In this document: piece by piece, positions 1 to 6,870 of the stretch
Numbering within the stretch: position 1 is the stretch's first letter
Layout of the letters: each line of letters opens with the position of its first letter
Assembly: GCA_042217545.1 (NCBI GenBank)
Contig: JBDGSM010000052.1
Span: 1 to 12,891, forward strand
Origin: Candidatus Nanohalobium sp.
Lineage (GTDB): Archaea > Nanohalarchaeota > Nanosalinia > Nanosalinales > Nanosalinaceae
Direction of reading: 5' to 3'
Length of the DNA stretch: 12,891 nt
Made by a program: the position numbers and the translations under genes
Notes under the pieces: model-generated
What the model was told of the DNA's origin: nothing
The model's input: only the letters and a program-made list of their open reading frames with translations
The model's database searches: none

Positions 1-666
1 CAAGGCCTTTTCTATTCCAGCGGTTCCCGTAATGTTTTTGACTTCGACGCGCTGGCCTCCGTCGATGGAGATGTTCGCATCGGACTTGATGGAGAACTCG
101 GATTCAGGGAAGTAGATCTCCAGGTATTCGAGCATCTGGGCCAGTTGCTGCAGGTAACTTCTTGCTTCCTTCGGAGATCTGAAATCCGGTGCGGTAACGA
201 TCTCGAGCAGCGGTGTGCCTGCCCTGTTGTAGTCCACTTTAGTATATTTTGAGCTTGAGATGCTTCCGCCTTCGTGTTTCATCTTCGCCGGGTCCTCCTC
301 AATGTGAAGCCTGTTGATTCCGATCTCCTTCTTCTCGTCTCCAGTCTTGACCTCTATAGTTCCGTCCTCTCCGACCGGTACCTCGTACTGGGTGATCTGG
401 TAGTTCTTCGACATATCCGGGTAGAAGTAGGTCTTCCTCGAGAAGAAGATGTCCTCGTTGATGTCGCACTGCAGGGCCTGAGATGTCTTCACCGCATATT
501 CTAAGACTTTCTCGTTTAGCCTTGGCTTTGAGCCTGGGTGTCCGAGACAGGTTTCACATACGTGCGTGTTTGGCTCCTCCGCTTCCTCATTGGGGCAGCC
601 GCAGAATAGCTTTGTCTCTGTATCAAGTTGTACGTGCGTCTCAAGGCCTATTTTTACATCGGTCAT
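1..666 (-). CDS. gatB: Asp-tRNA(Asn)/Glu-tRNA(Gln) amidotransferase subunit B (5' part; runs off window edge)
   Basis: Not in ORF track (no stop in window). Hand translation from ATG 666: MTDVKIGLETHVQLDTETKLFCGC...CETCLGHPGSKPRLN...FSRKTYFYPDMSKNYQITQY...RLHIEEDPAK...VDYNRAGTPLLEIVT...KSDANISI...RVEVKNI, which are canonical GatB motifs. Confidence 0.97.
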   Translation of the reverse strand, partial: MTDVKIGLETHVQLDTETKLFCGCPNEEAEEPNTHVCETCLGHPGSKPRLNEKVLEYAVKTSQALQCDINEDIFFSRKTYFYPDMSKNYQITQYEVPVGEDGTIEVKTGDEKKEIGINRLHIEEDPAKMKHEGGSISSSKYTKVDYNRAGTPLLEIVTAPDFRSPKEARSYLQQLAQMLEYLEIYFPESEFSIKSDANISIDGGQRVEVKNITGTAGIEKAL

Positions 667-692
667 AGTATCGTTTCGTTCAGTCATTCTTT

Positions 693-1886
693 TTATTTTG
701 ATCTCGTCGCGGCGAAGTAGGCCAGCTGTTCAAGAAGCATCTTCTCCTTACCATTGACCGGTGAGGCCTCGAGCTCGCCAGCTGCCTCTTCAGCGTAGCC
801 CCTTGCTTCGTCTTCCGCTCTCTTCAAAGCATCTGAGGACTCAACCATCTTACCGGCAAGCTTCAGTTCCCAGGCCTCAGGCTCCTTCTTCCTCAAAACA
901 TGCTTCAGAAACTTCCTGCTGGAACCGTACTCTGTCTCCAGCTCCTCCCTGCCGGAATCTTTATCAAGGCCTTCGATGAACTCCCTGTTCTTGGTGAATC
1001 CATCTTGAAGCTCCTGGATGGCGTAGTATACAGGCAGTGTGACAGTGCCTTCCAAAAGATCGGAGAACCTGTCCTTCCCTATCTCCTGTTCAAGGCCTTC
1101 CCCGGCCCCTATCTCCTCCTCGCCTCCGGTTATATCCAGGATGTCATCTCTGACCTGGAAAGCTTTACCTAACTGTTCTGCGTACTTTTTCAGGTTTCCA
1201 AGTTCTTTTCCTGAGATTACTTCGAGTATCCTGGGACCTGCCTTTATCAAAGGCGTGGTCTTCCTGGCTACGACTTCCTCGTAGAACTTCAGGTATTCAA
1301 AGCTTTCATCTTTCCCGGAAAGCATTTCCCTGAATTTCTCTCCCCGGTATATGCTTTCACCTGCTATGTCAAGCATCTGGCCACGCGAAATATCCTCTAG
1401 TACTCTGTCAAGTATTTCAGCAACTTCCATCTTCTTTTCGTGTTGAATATCAAGTTTCAGAACTGATCTCTGGACTATAGACTGCAGATGCATGACATCA
1501 AGGGTTGCCAGTGACTCTGCCTGTCTCCTGGAGAAACCTATTGACTTGAATTTTTCGTGAGGTGTTTCCAGGCCCCTCCTGACTTGATCCTGGTCCATTA
1601 CATCGTCCTGTATAAGTGAGAGGCCGTGTATAACTTCGAGAGGTATCAAAACTTTGAGAAGCTCTTCCTCAGATAGATCTATATCGAGGCCTTTCGCCAT
1701 GATGTATGGCACAGCGACGCGGAAACGTTTGCCGTCTCCCGTGATCAGCCTGCTGCAGTACTCTTCAACGGTGTTCAGGACTTCTATATCGGCTCCTGTC
1801 CTGTCAACTGTTTCGGCAAGAATTTTCTCTACTTTCTCCAGGGGTACGTAACCTGCCAGCTCCTGCTTCACCTTCTTATCTTCCAA
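693..1886 (-). CDS. Trans-isoprenyl diphosphate synthase (polyprenyl synthetase, GGPPS/IdsA-like family)
   Basis: GKRFR, first Asp-rich motif LIQDDVMDQDQVRRG, GQMLDI, KT, second motif AFQVRDDILD, DLLEGTVTLP. Start moved from track 1937 to the in-frame TTG at 1886, which follows an SD AGGTGAT and avoids a 44-nt overlap with gatA. Confidence 0.92.
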   Translation of the reverse strand: MEDKKVKQELAGYVPLEKVEKILAETVDRTGADIEVLNTVEEYCSRLITGDGKRFRVAVPYIMAKGLDIDLSEEELLKVLIPLEVIHGLSLIQDDVMDQDQVRRGLETPHEKFKSIGFSRRQAESLATLDVMHLQSIVQRSVLKLDIQHEKKMEVAEILDRVLEDISRGQMLDIAGESIYRGEKFREMLSGKDESFEYLKFYEEVVARKTTPLIKAGPRILEVISGKELGNLKKYAEQLGKAFQVRDDILDITGGEEEIGAGEGLEQEIGKDRFSDLLEGTVTLPVYYAIQELQDGFTKNREFIEGLDKDSGREELETEYGSSRKFLKHVLRKKEPEAWELKLAGKMVESSDALKRAEDEARGYAEEAAGELEASPVNGKEKMLLEQLAYFAATRSK

Positions 1887-1892
1887 AAAGTG

Positions 1893-1899
1893 ATCACCT
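1893..1899 (-). promoter_or_regulatory. Shine-Dalgarno (AGGTGAT) overlapping the gatA stop, upstream of the TTG start of the prenyl synthase
   Basis: Complementary to the archaeal 16S 3' end (AUCACCU); contains gatA TGA (1896-1894); 6 nt before TTG 1886. Confidence 0.7.
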
Positions 1900-3255
1900 G
1901 CTGTAGGTATACGCCACGTCAAGGACTTTTTCCTCATCGAAGTGATCGCCGATGATGTGAAGACCTGTCGGCATCTCCTTGCTGGTGCCGTTAGGAACTG
2001 AGATCATTGGTAACCCGGCAAGGTTAGGCCCTACTGTCAGGGTATCCATCGCGTAGACCTCCGCAGGACTCATATCCTGGGCTTCCTCTATCTTCGGTGC
2101 AATATTCGGCATCGAAGGAGAAACAAGTACATCGAACTCTTCAAAGGCCTCCTTGAACTGATTGATAATCTTTTGCCGGACTTCAGCGGCTTTGATGTAG
2201 TACTGATCCCTGTAACCGGCCATCCGCGTATACGTACCGAGCAGGATCCTTCTCTTCGCTTCCTCTCCGAAGCCTTCCGACCTGACCTCCGAGAAGTACT
2301 CGTTGAAGTCCTCGAAATCTTCAGGATCTTTCTCAAGGCCGTACCTCATACCTGACATCTTCGCCAGATTCGTCGAGGCCTCGGCCATCGCCAGAACGTA
2401 GTAAGCAGGAACTGCGTAATCTGCGGATAGAAGAGGCATATCGACTTTTTCTACTTCCGCTCCCATCTCTTTCAGTTCTTCAAGAGAATCTTCAAAGTTC
2501 TCTCTTACTCCGTCTTCAAGGCCTTCAAGCTCCAGGTACTGTTTCGGCACTCCTATCTTTAGGCCTTCTACTTCTTCAAGATTCGAGTATTTAGGTACTT
2601 CTTTTTTCGCTGTGGTCTGATCGTTTTCGTCTTCACCTGCTATCACTTCAAGGCCTTTTGCTGCACCGTACACGTTTTTTGCGAGGACACCGATCTTGTC
2701 CAGTGAGTTAGCATAGTCCACCAGTCCGTACCTTGACACGCGTCCGTATGTAGGTGTTATCCCTACTACGCCGTTGTAAGCTGCAGGATTTGTTATGGAT
2801 CCTCCTGTGGATTCTCCTATCGATATGATCGGATGGTCTACTGCGGCAACGATCGCTCCTGCGCCACCTGAACTTCCTCCTACGACTCTTTCCGGGTCAT
2901 GCGGGTTCTTCGGTGTTGTGAATGCGTTGTTGGTTGAGAAGGTTCCGAAGCCGAACTCATCCTGCTCCGTCTTTCCGAAGAACTGGCCTCCTGCCTCTTT
3001 CAGTCGTTTGACGACTGTGGCGTCGAATACAGGCCTGTAGTCTTCAAGTATCTTTGAACCTGCTGCGGTAGTCGTTCCCTCTGTGCAGATCGCGTCTTTA
3101 ACTACGAAAGGTATGTTTTCGAGCTCTCCCTGATGCTGCTCGCCACGTTTGACCTCTCGCATCAGATCGTATTTCTTATCTGCTTCCTTCAGCTCCTCAA
3201 GAAACTTCTTGCTGTCTACTTCCTCATCTCCCTTGACAACTTTCTCAACCGACAT
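1894..3255 (-). CDS. gatA: Asp-tRNA(Asn)/Glu-tRNA(Gln) amidotransferase subunit A
   Basis: Amidase signature VVKD, GGSSGG, TGGS, PTYGRVSRYGL; GatA-specific AEASTNLA, RSEGFGEEAKRRILLGTY, YYIKA; clustered with gatB and gatC. Confidence 0.97.
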   Translation of the reverse strand: MSVEKVVKGDEEVDSKKFLEELKEADKKYDLMREVKRGEQHQGELENIPFVVKDAICTEGTTTAAGSKILEDYRPVFDATVVKRLKEAGGQFFGKTEQDEFGFGTFSTNNAFTTPKNPHDPERVVGGSSGGAGAIVAAVDHPIISIGESTGGSITNPAAYNGVVGITPTYGRVSRYGLVDYANSLDKIGVLAKNVYGAAKGLEVIAGEDENDQTTAKKEVPKYSNLEEVEGLKIGVPKQYLELEGLEDGVRENFEDSLEELKEMGAEVEKVDMPLLSADYAVPAYYVLAMAEASTNLAKMSGMRYGLEKDPEDFEDFNEYFSEVRSEGFGEEAKRRILLGTYTRMAGYRDQYYIKAAEVRQKIINQFKEAFEEFDVLVSPSMPNIAPKIEEAQDMSPAEVYAMDTLTVGPNLAGLPMISVPNGTSKEMPTGLHIIGDHFDEEKVLDVAYTYSR

Positions 3256-3278
3256 ATCTTCCGTGTTCGGAGGAGAAC

Positions 3279-3286
3279 CTTAAAAA
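3279..3286 (-). promoter_or_regulatory. Probable TATA box of a leaderless gatA transcript
   Basis: TTTTTAAG on the minus strand ending about 24 nt before ATG 3255, the spacing expected for leaderless archaeal genes. Confidence 0.5.
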
Positions 3287-3287
3287 T

Positions 3288-3422
3288 TCATTTCCCGGCT
3301 TCGTCCTCTTCAACGCATTCATCGATATGGAACGTCTGGCCGCATTCAGTACATGTAGGGAAGAGAGGCCTGTATCCCTTGAAAGCCATCTGTCCCCCGC
3401 ATTCAGGACAGAAATAGGTCAT
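3288..3422 (-). CDS. 44-aa CPxCG-type zinc-finger micro-protein
   Basis: Below ORF-track cutoff. MTYFCPECGGQMAFKGYRPLFPTCTECGQTFHIDECVEEDEAGK: two CxxCG knuckles, acidic tail, and an ATGA overlap (3422-3419) with the upstream gene's stop. Confidence 0.88.
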   Translation of the reverse strand: MTYFCPECGGQMAFKGYRPLFPTCTECGQTFHIDECVEEDEAGK

Positions 3423-3913
3423 GAGGCCTCGATCCTGTGAAACTCCAGTTCACGGTTTTCAGTATCCATTGTCGCGACATGAAACCTTTCCTCCTGATCA
3501 GGAAATCTGATGCCGCCAGGATTCACCTCTACCGTTCCAGAATGCTCGGCAACCTTCTTCTCATGTGTGTGACCGCGGAACACGAAGTCGTAATCTTTCC
3601 CCACAAGGCCTTCCACAATCTCCTCCTCGGTCCCGTGGTAGACGCAGATTTTCAGGCCTTCAACTTCCAGTTCTGCGATGTTGTTGTAGAACTCTCCGAA
3701 CTGGTTCACCGTCGATTTCAGGTTCCATTCTCCATCGTTGTTGCCTCTGACAGCGTGGAACTCGAACTCTGCGTCAAAAAGCTCTGCTGTGAAAGGCGCA
3801 ACCATGTCTCCGCAGTGAATCACTACTTCACATTCCTGCTTCTCGAAAAAGTTTACTGCTTCCTCCGCTAGTTCGATGTTATCGTGTGTGTCCGAGACTA
3901 TTCCAAGTTTCAT
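3419..3913 (-). CDS. Calcineurin-like metallophosphoesterase (MJ0936/YfcE/Vps29 family)
   Basis: SDTHDN, HCGD, VRGNND, YHG, GHTH and NPG motifs. ATG 3913 (MKLGIVSDTH) preferred over track TTG 3919. Confidence 0.93.
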   Translation of the reverse strand: MKLGIVSDTHDNIELAEEAVNFFEKQECEVVIHCGDMVAPFTAELFDAEFEFHAVRGNNDGEWNLKSTVNQFGEFYNNIAELEVEGLKICVYHGTEEEIVEGLVGKDYDFVFRGHTHEKKVAEHSGTVEVNPGGIRFPDQEERFHVATMDTENRELEFHRIEAS

Positions 3914-3983
3914 AACCAAGGTTCTCGGGCTCGAAACTTATCTATTTTTGCGAGACTGGAACCGGGTCAGCATAAAGAAATTT

Positions 3984-4205
3984 CTAGGTGAATGTCATTT
4001 TTCCCTTCCGATCGTAGTAGTTTTCAAGAAGTTCTTCTTCCGTCATATCAAGGACTGCTGAGAACCCGTCGTTCTCTATTTTTTCACCCAGTTCCCCGAC
4101 CCTGACTCCTTCCACATCAGTGGCCTTGAACGAGTAGGCCGTGCCTTTGAGATCCCTGTAGATGTCCCTGCTGTCTAGCTCGGTTATGTCGTTGCAGACG
4201 TACTC
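3984..4205 (-). pseudogene. Out-of-frame C-terminal continuation (73 codons) of the 4184..4786 gene
   Basis: Open frame EYVCNDITELDSRDIYRDLKGTAYSFKATDVEGVRVGELGEKIENDGFSAVLDMTEEELLENYYDRKGKMTFT*. It is acidic and protein-like, has no start codon near its 5' end, and overlaps the end of the upstream ORF in the -1 frame. Confidence 0.75.
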
Positions 4206-4786
4206 TCAGCCATGATCCTTACTAGTGATTCGTCTATCCCTTTCAGGCCTGCTGCTTCAAAGAACCTTTCGTAGGCTTCCTCCCCGTACTCCTCCTGGAC
4301 ATAGTCAGCCTGGCGGAGAAGCAGGTCACGGTTGAAATCCGGGTTGACCCTGAAATCGTCCTCGCTCAACTGGAAAATCTGATTCAGAGTTTCGTGATCC
4401 AGATCTTTCAGCCATTCAGTAAGCATGCCTTCAGTCATCAACTCCCACATATCCCTGAAGTCGTACTCCAGCTCCGGGACATCAAAGTTATCCCTGAAGT
4501 AGGTATGTGAGGCTTCATGCACCTCTGTCTTCCTTTCCTCGATGCCTTTGAAGGAAAGGCTAGACAGATTGCCCTCCACCAATCTGTGGTTCTTATGGTC
4601 AAACTCGGGAAAGATCACGGACTTCCACTGATCCTCCCGGGGATCAAAATGACCGCTGCTGGCCGTCTCACCTACCACATCAATCTCGACTTCAGGAAGA
4701 ACATCCGTATCCACGCCGATCCAGTTGTAGAACCGCTTGACCTCGCCTTCAATAAAGTCCTCAGAAACATGGTAATCAGTATTCAA
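4184..4786 (-). CDS. Hypothetical zincin-like metallopeptidase (HExxH), apparently truncated by a frameshift
   Basis: EVHEASHTYF followed 24 residues later by an EG motif (LMTEGML) that could supply the third Zn ligand. TTG start at 4786 with SD GAGGTGG at 4797-4791. Confidence 0.7.
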   Translation of the reverse strand: MNTDYHVSEDFIEGEVKRFYNWIGVDTDVLPEVEIDVVGETASSGHFDPREDQWKSVIFPEFDHKNHRLVEGNLSSLSFKGIEERKTEVHEASHTYFRDNFDVPELEYDFRDMWELMTEGMLTEWLKDLDHETLNQIFQLSEDDFRVNPDFNRDLLLRQADYVQEEYGEEAYERFFEAAGLKGIDESLVRIMAESTSATT

Positions 4787-4802
4787 AGTTCCACCTCAAA
4801 TT

Positions 4803-5081
4803 TCAGGCGCTCGGCCCTCTGAAAAAACCTTCCTCCTCGTTCTCCGTGTTCCGGAAGACCTTCTCCCTCGTCAGAGTATCTTCTTTCTCATCGCTTCTGG
4901 TATCAGGACTTACATCGACAGGATGGAAAGCAGGTTCAACATCTTCAGTATCGATCTCCTCCAGTTTCTCGAACATCTCCAGGACCTCATCGAAGTCCTC
5001 GGCGAACTCAGAGGCCTCTTCCCCAGTTACATTAATCCTGGCGTTCTCTGCCACTTCCTGAACTTTATCCGAATCTACCAT
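4803..5081 (-). CDS. gatC: Asp-tRNA(Asn)/Glu-tRNA(Gln) amidotransferase subunit C
   Basis: 92 aa: VAENARI, VLEMFEKLEEIDTEDVEP, RSD, EEGFFRGP, typical of GatC; same strand as gatA and gatB. Confidence 0.93.
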   Translation of the reverse strand: MVDSDKVQEVAENARINVTGEEASEFAEDFDEVLEMFEKLEEIDTEDVEPAFHPVDVSPDTRSDEKEDTLTREKVFRNTENEEEGFFRGPSA

Positions 5082-5211
5082 GAAGTTAAAGTTGAGACCT
5101 CAGATTTTTGTATCAATTTGTTTCCCCGAAGTGAAGGCCTTTCAGCTCTGAAAAACTTCTCGATGAACAGTCGTGAACAGTTAAGGTTTCCGAAAACTAT
5201 CGTCGAATTAT

Positions 5212-5226
5212 GGGAAGATTTATAAA
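5212..5226 (+). promoter_or_regulatory. BRE-like purine tract plus TATA box (GGGAAGA-TTTATAAA)
   Basis: Best consensus TATA in the window (5219-5226) with purine-rich sequence immediately upstream on the plus strand; implies a TSS near 5250, about 260 nt before ftsZ. The TATA is palindromic, so orientation rests on the BRE. Confidence 0.6.
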
Positions 5227-5272
5227 CGATCCCTGAAAATGTTTGGATAAGCAAGATACAGATACAGATTTG

Positions 5273-5429
5273 AGTCTCTTCGTTTGGGCGCGGAGGGCTG
5301 CGTTCGAACTTGACTCGCGGGCACGAGTGAAGTTCAGTGGACTTGCGAAATATGTAGCATGTTTGAGTTTCGAACTTGGGCAAGTTCGAAGTCGAATGTT
5401 GAATGTTTCGAGTCTTGGGCAAGACTCAA
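5273..5429 (+). ncRNA. Candidate structured RNA or ftsZ 5' leader: four stem-loops with a GGGC apex
   Basis: Stems 5276-5297 (CTCTTCGT/GCGGAGGG with G-U pairs, loop TTGGGC), 5306-5335 (GAACTT-g-ACTCG/CGAGT-g-AAGTTC, loop CGGGCA), 5369-5390 (TTCGAACTT/AAGTTCGAA, loop GGGC), 5410-5427 (GAGTCTT/AAGACTC, loop GGGC). Confidence 0.5.
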
Positions 5430-5507
5430 TTAGTTCTAAGGTAGGATTACCTATACCGACTTAAAAAGGTTTGGTATGGCTAGACCGCACCGCAGGTTGA
5501 TACTACA

Positions 5508-6584
5508 ATGGAATCCATAATCGAAAACGCTCAAACGGACGAAAAATCCACTGAAAACCTTGATGAAATGAAAGATGCTAAAATTATAGTAGTAGGAGTT
5601 GGAGGAGCTGGTAACAACCAGGTCACCAGGATACAGAAGAAAGAAGTTGAAGGTGCCGAGACGGTTGCCATCAACACGGACAAACAGCACCTGGAGATGT
5701 CCTCCGCCGACAGAAAAATACTTGTAGGAAAAGATCTTACACGAGGCCTCGGAGCTGGCGGCAAACCTGAGAAAGGAGCACGCTCAGCAGAAGAGAACCG
5801 TGCCGAACTACGTAACCTGTTCAAGGATGCAGACATGGTCTTCCTCACAGCAGGAATGGGAGGCGGAACAGGAACAGGAGCAGCACCAGTCCTCGCAGAA
5901 ATTGCAAAGAAAGAAGACTGCATCGTGATCGGAACAGTAACAATGCCGTTCGAGATCGAAGGCGCAAGAATGAGTAAAGCAGAAGACGGCCTCTACAGGC
6001 TCAGGCAGCACGTGGACACAGCAATCGTCATCGAAAACGACAAGCTGCTTGACATCGCAGGAGATATGCCTCTCGACCAGGCCTTCGGAGTCGCAGATGA
6101 GCTCATCACAACGATGATCAAGGGAATCACGGAAACGATCGCAAAGCCGTCACTAGTCAACCTGGACTACGCAGACGTCCAGGCGATCATGAACGAAGGA
6201 GGAGTCGCGGTAGTAGGCTACGGAGAAAGCGACACCAACAACAAGGGAGAGGAAGCAATCCACGAAGCACTATCCAACCCACTCCTCGACGTAGAGTTCA
6301 GCGGAGCAAACGGAGCACTCCTACACGTGGCAGGAGGAGAAGACCTGACACTCAACGAGATCAACGATGTAGGTCAGAGAGTGAAACAGAAGCTTGACAA
6401 ACAGGCCCAGGTAATCTGGGGCGCAAGAATCAGAGACGACCTGAAAGGCAAGCTACAGGTAATCTCCATCGTAACAGGAGTTGAATCACCTTACGTCCTA
6501 GGCGACCTAGACGAACAGAAAGAACAGGAAACAGAAGTAACAGGAGACGTCAACGACCTAGGCCTTGAGGTGATGAACGGCTGA
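5508..6584 (+). CDS. ftsZ: Cell division protein FtsZ (archaeal FtsZ2-like)
   Basis: GVGGAGNN, AINTD, GLGAGG, signature GMGGGTGTG, T7 loop PSLVNLDYAD. The LDYAD, GGVAV and IWGARI motifs resemble FtsZ2; C-terminal LGLEVM tail. Confidence 0.98.
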   Translation: MESIIENAQTDEKSTENLDEMKDAKIIVVGVGGAGNNQVTRIQKKEVEGAETVAINTDKQHLEMSSADRKILVGKDLTRGLGAGGKPEKGARSAEENRAELRNLFKDADMVFLTAGMGGGTGTGAAPVLAEIAKKEDCIVIGTVTMPFEIEGARMSKAEDGLYRLRQHVDTAIVIENDKLLDIAGDMPLDQAFGVADELITTMIKGITETIAKPSLVNLDYADVQAIMNEGGVAVVGYGESDTNNKGEEAIHEALSNPLLDVEFSGANGALLHVAGGEDLTLNEINDVGQRVKQKLDKQAQVIWGARIRDDLKGKLQVISIVTGVESPYVLGDLDEQKEQETEVTGDVNDLGLEVMNG

Positions 6585-6609
6585 AAAACAAGAGCCGGCT
6601 AAAATGATA

Positions 6610-6795
6610 TTAGAGGAGGAAAGTCAACTTCAAACCCCCCCCTCACCTCCGACTTTCCTCCCCTAAAACCTATATTTCAACGGCAGGAAAAGGAGATTCC
6701 CGCAGTTCAATCTTCCGGAAACCCCACAGGTTTTCGGCTTGAACACGAAAACTCCCCCTCCCCCCCTTACGCGGGAATCGCCTTCACATCCTGCC
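6610..6795. other. Two long inverted-repeat structures with C-rich loops downstream of ftsZ (candidate sRNA, 3' UTR structure or terminator)
   Basis: A: TTAGAGGAGGAAAGTC (6610-6625) / GACTTTCCTCCCCTAA (6651-6666), 15/16 paired. B: GGCAGGA/TCCTGCC, AAGG/CCTT, GATTCCCGC/GCGGGAATC enclosing GTTCAA/TTGAAC and CCGGAAACC/GGTTTTCGG (6682-6795). Confidence 0.7.
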
Positions 6796-6870
6796 TTACT
6801 CTTTATTACTAACTCCTTCCCAAAGATCCAGGGAAAACTGTTTAACTCTTCGGCCGTAATAACAAATTCA

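Noticed and set aside
5254..5269. AGATAC short tandem repeat (AGATACAGATACAGAT) and GAATGTT x2 at 5394-5407
   Set aside because: Too short to support as independent features; probably local slippage within the leader region.
5273..5429. CRISPR mini-array interpretation of the GGGC hairpins
   Set aside because: Units are not near-identical repeats, spacing is irregular (33, 59, 39 nt), and there are no cas genes in the window.
5243..5464. 73-aa plus-strand ORF (and 115-aa minus ORF 5075..5422) across the ftsZ upstream region
   Set aside because: Not acidic like the real proteins, no recognisable motif, not a CdrS-like RHH, and the DNA is better explained by hairpins. A translated uORF cannot be fully excluded.
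6585..6666. RNase P RNA (GAGGAAAGTC resembles the P4 5' strand; ACAAGAGCCGGCT resembles the 3' strand)
   Set aside because: The motifs are in the wrong order or too close, GAGGAAAGTC is consumed in a local stem, and the other conserved regions are absent.
6626..6770. Replication origin ORB elements with G-strings
   Set aside because: In ORBs the G-string follows TCCA..GAAAC on the same strand; here AAAC is followed by C tracts, and no orc1/cdc6 gene is adjacent.
6682..6795. 5S rRNA, tRNA or SRP RNA for the ~114-nt structure
   Set aside because: No 5S loop C (CCGAAC) or proper three-way junction, no cloverleaf, and no SRP helix 8 motif on either strand.
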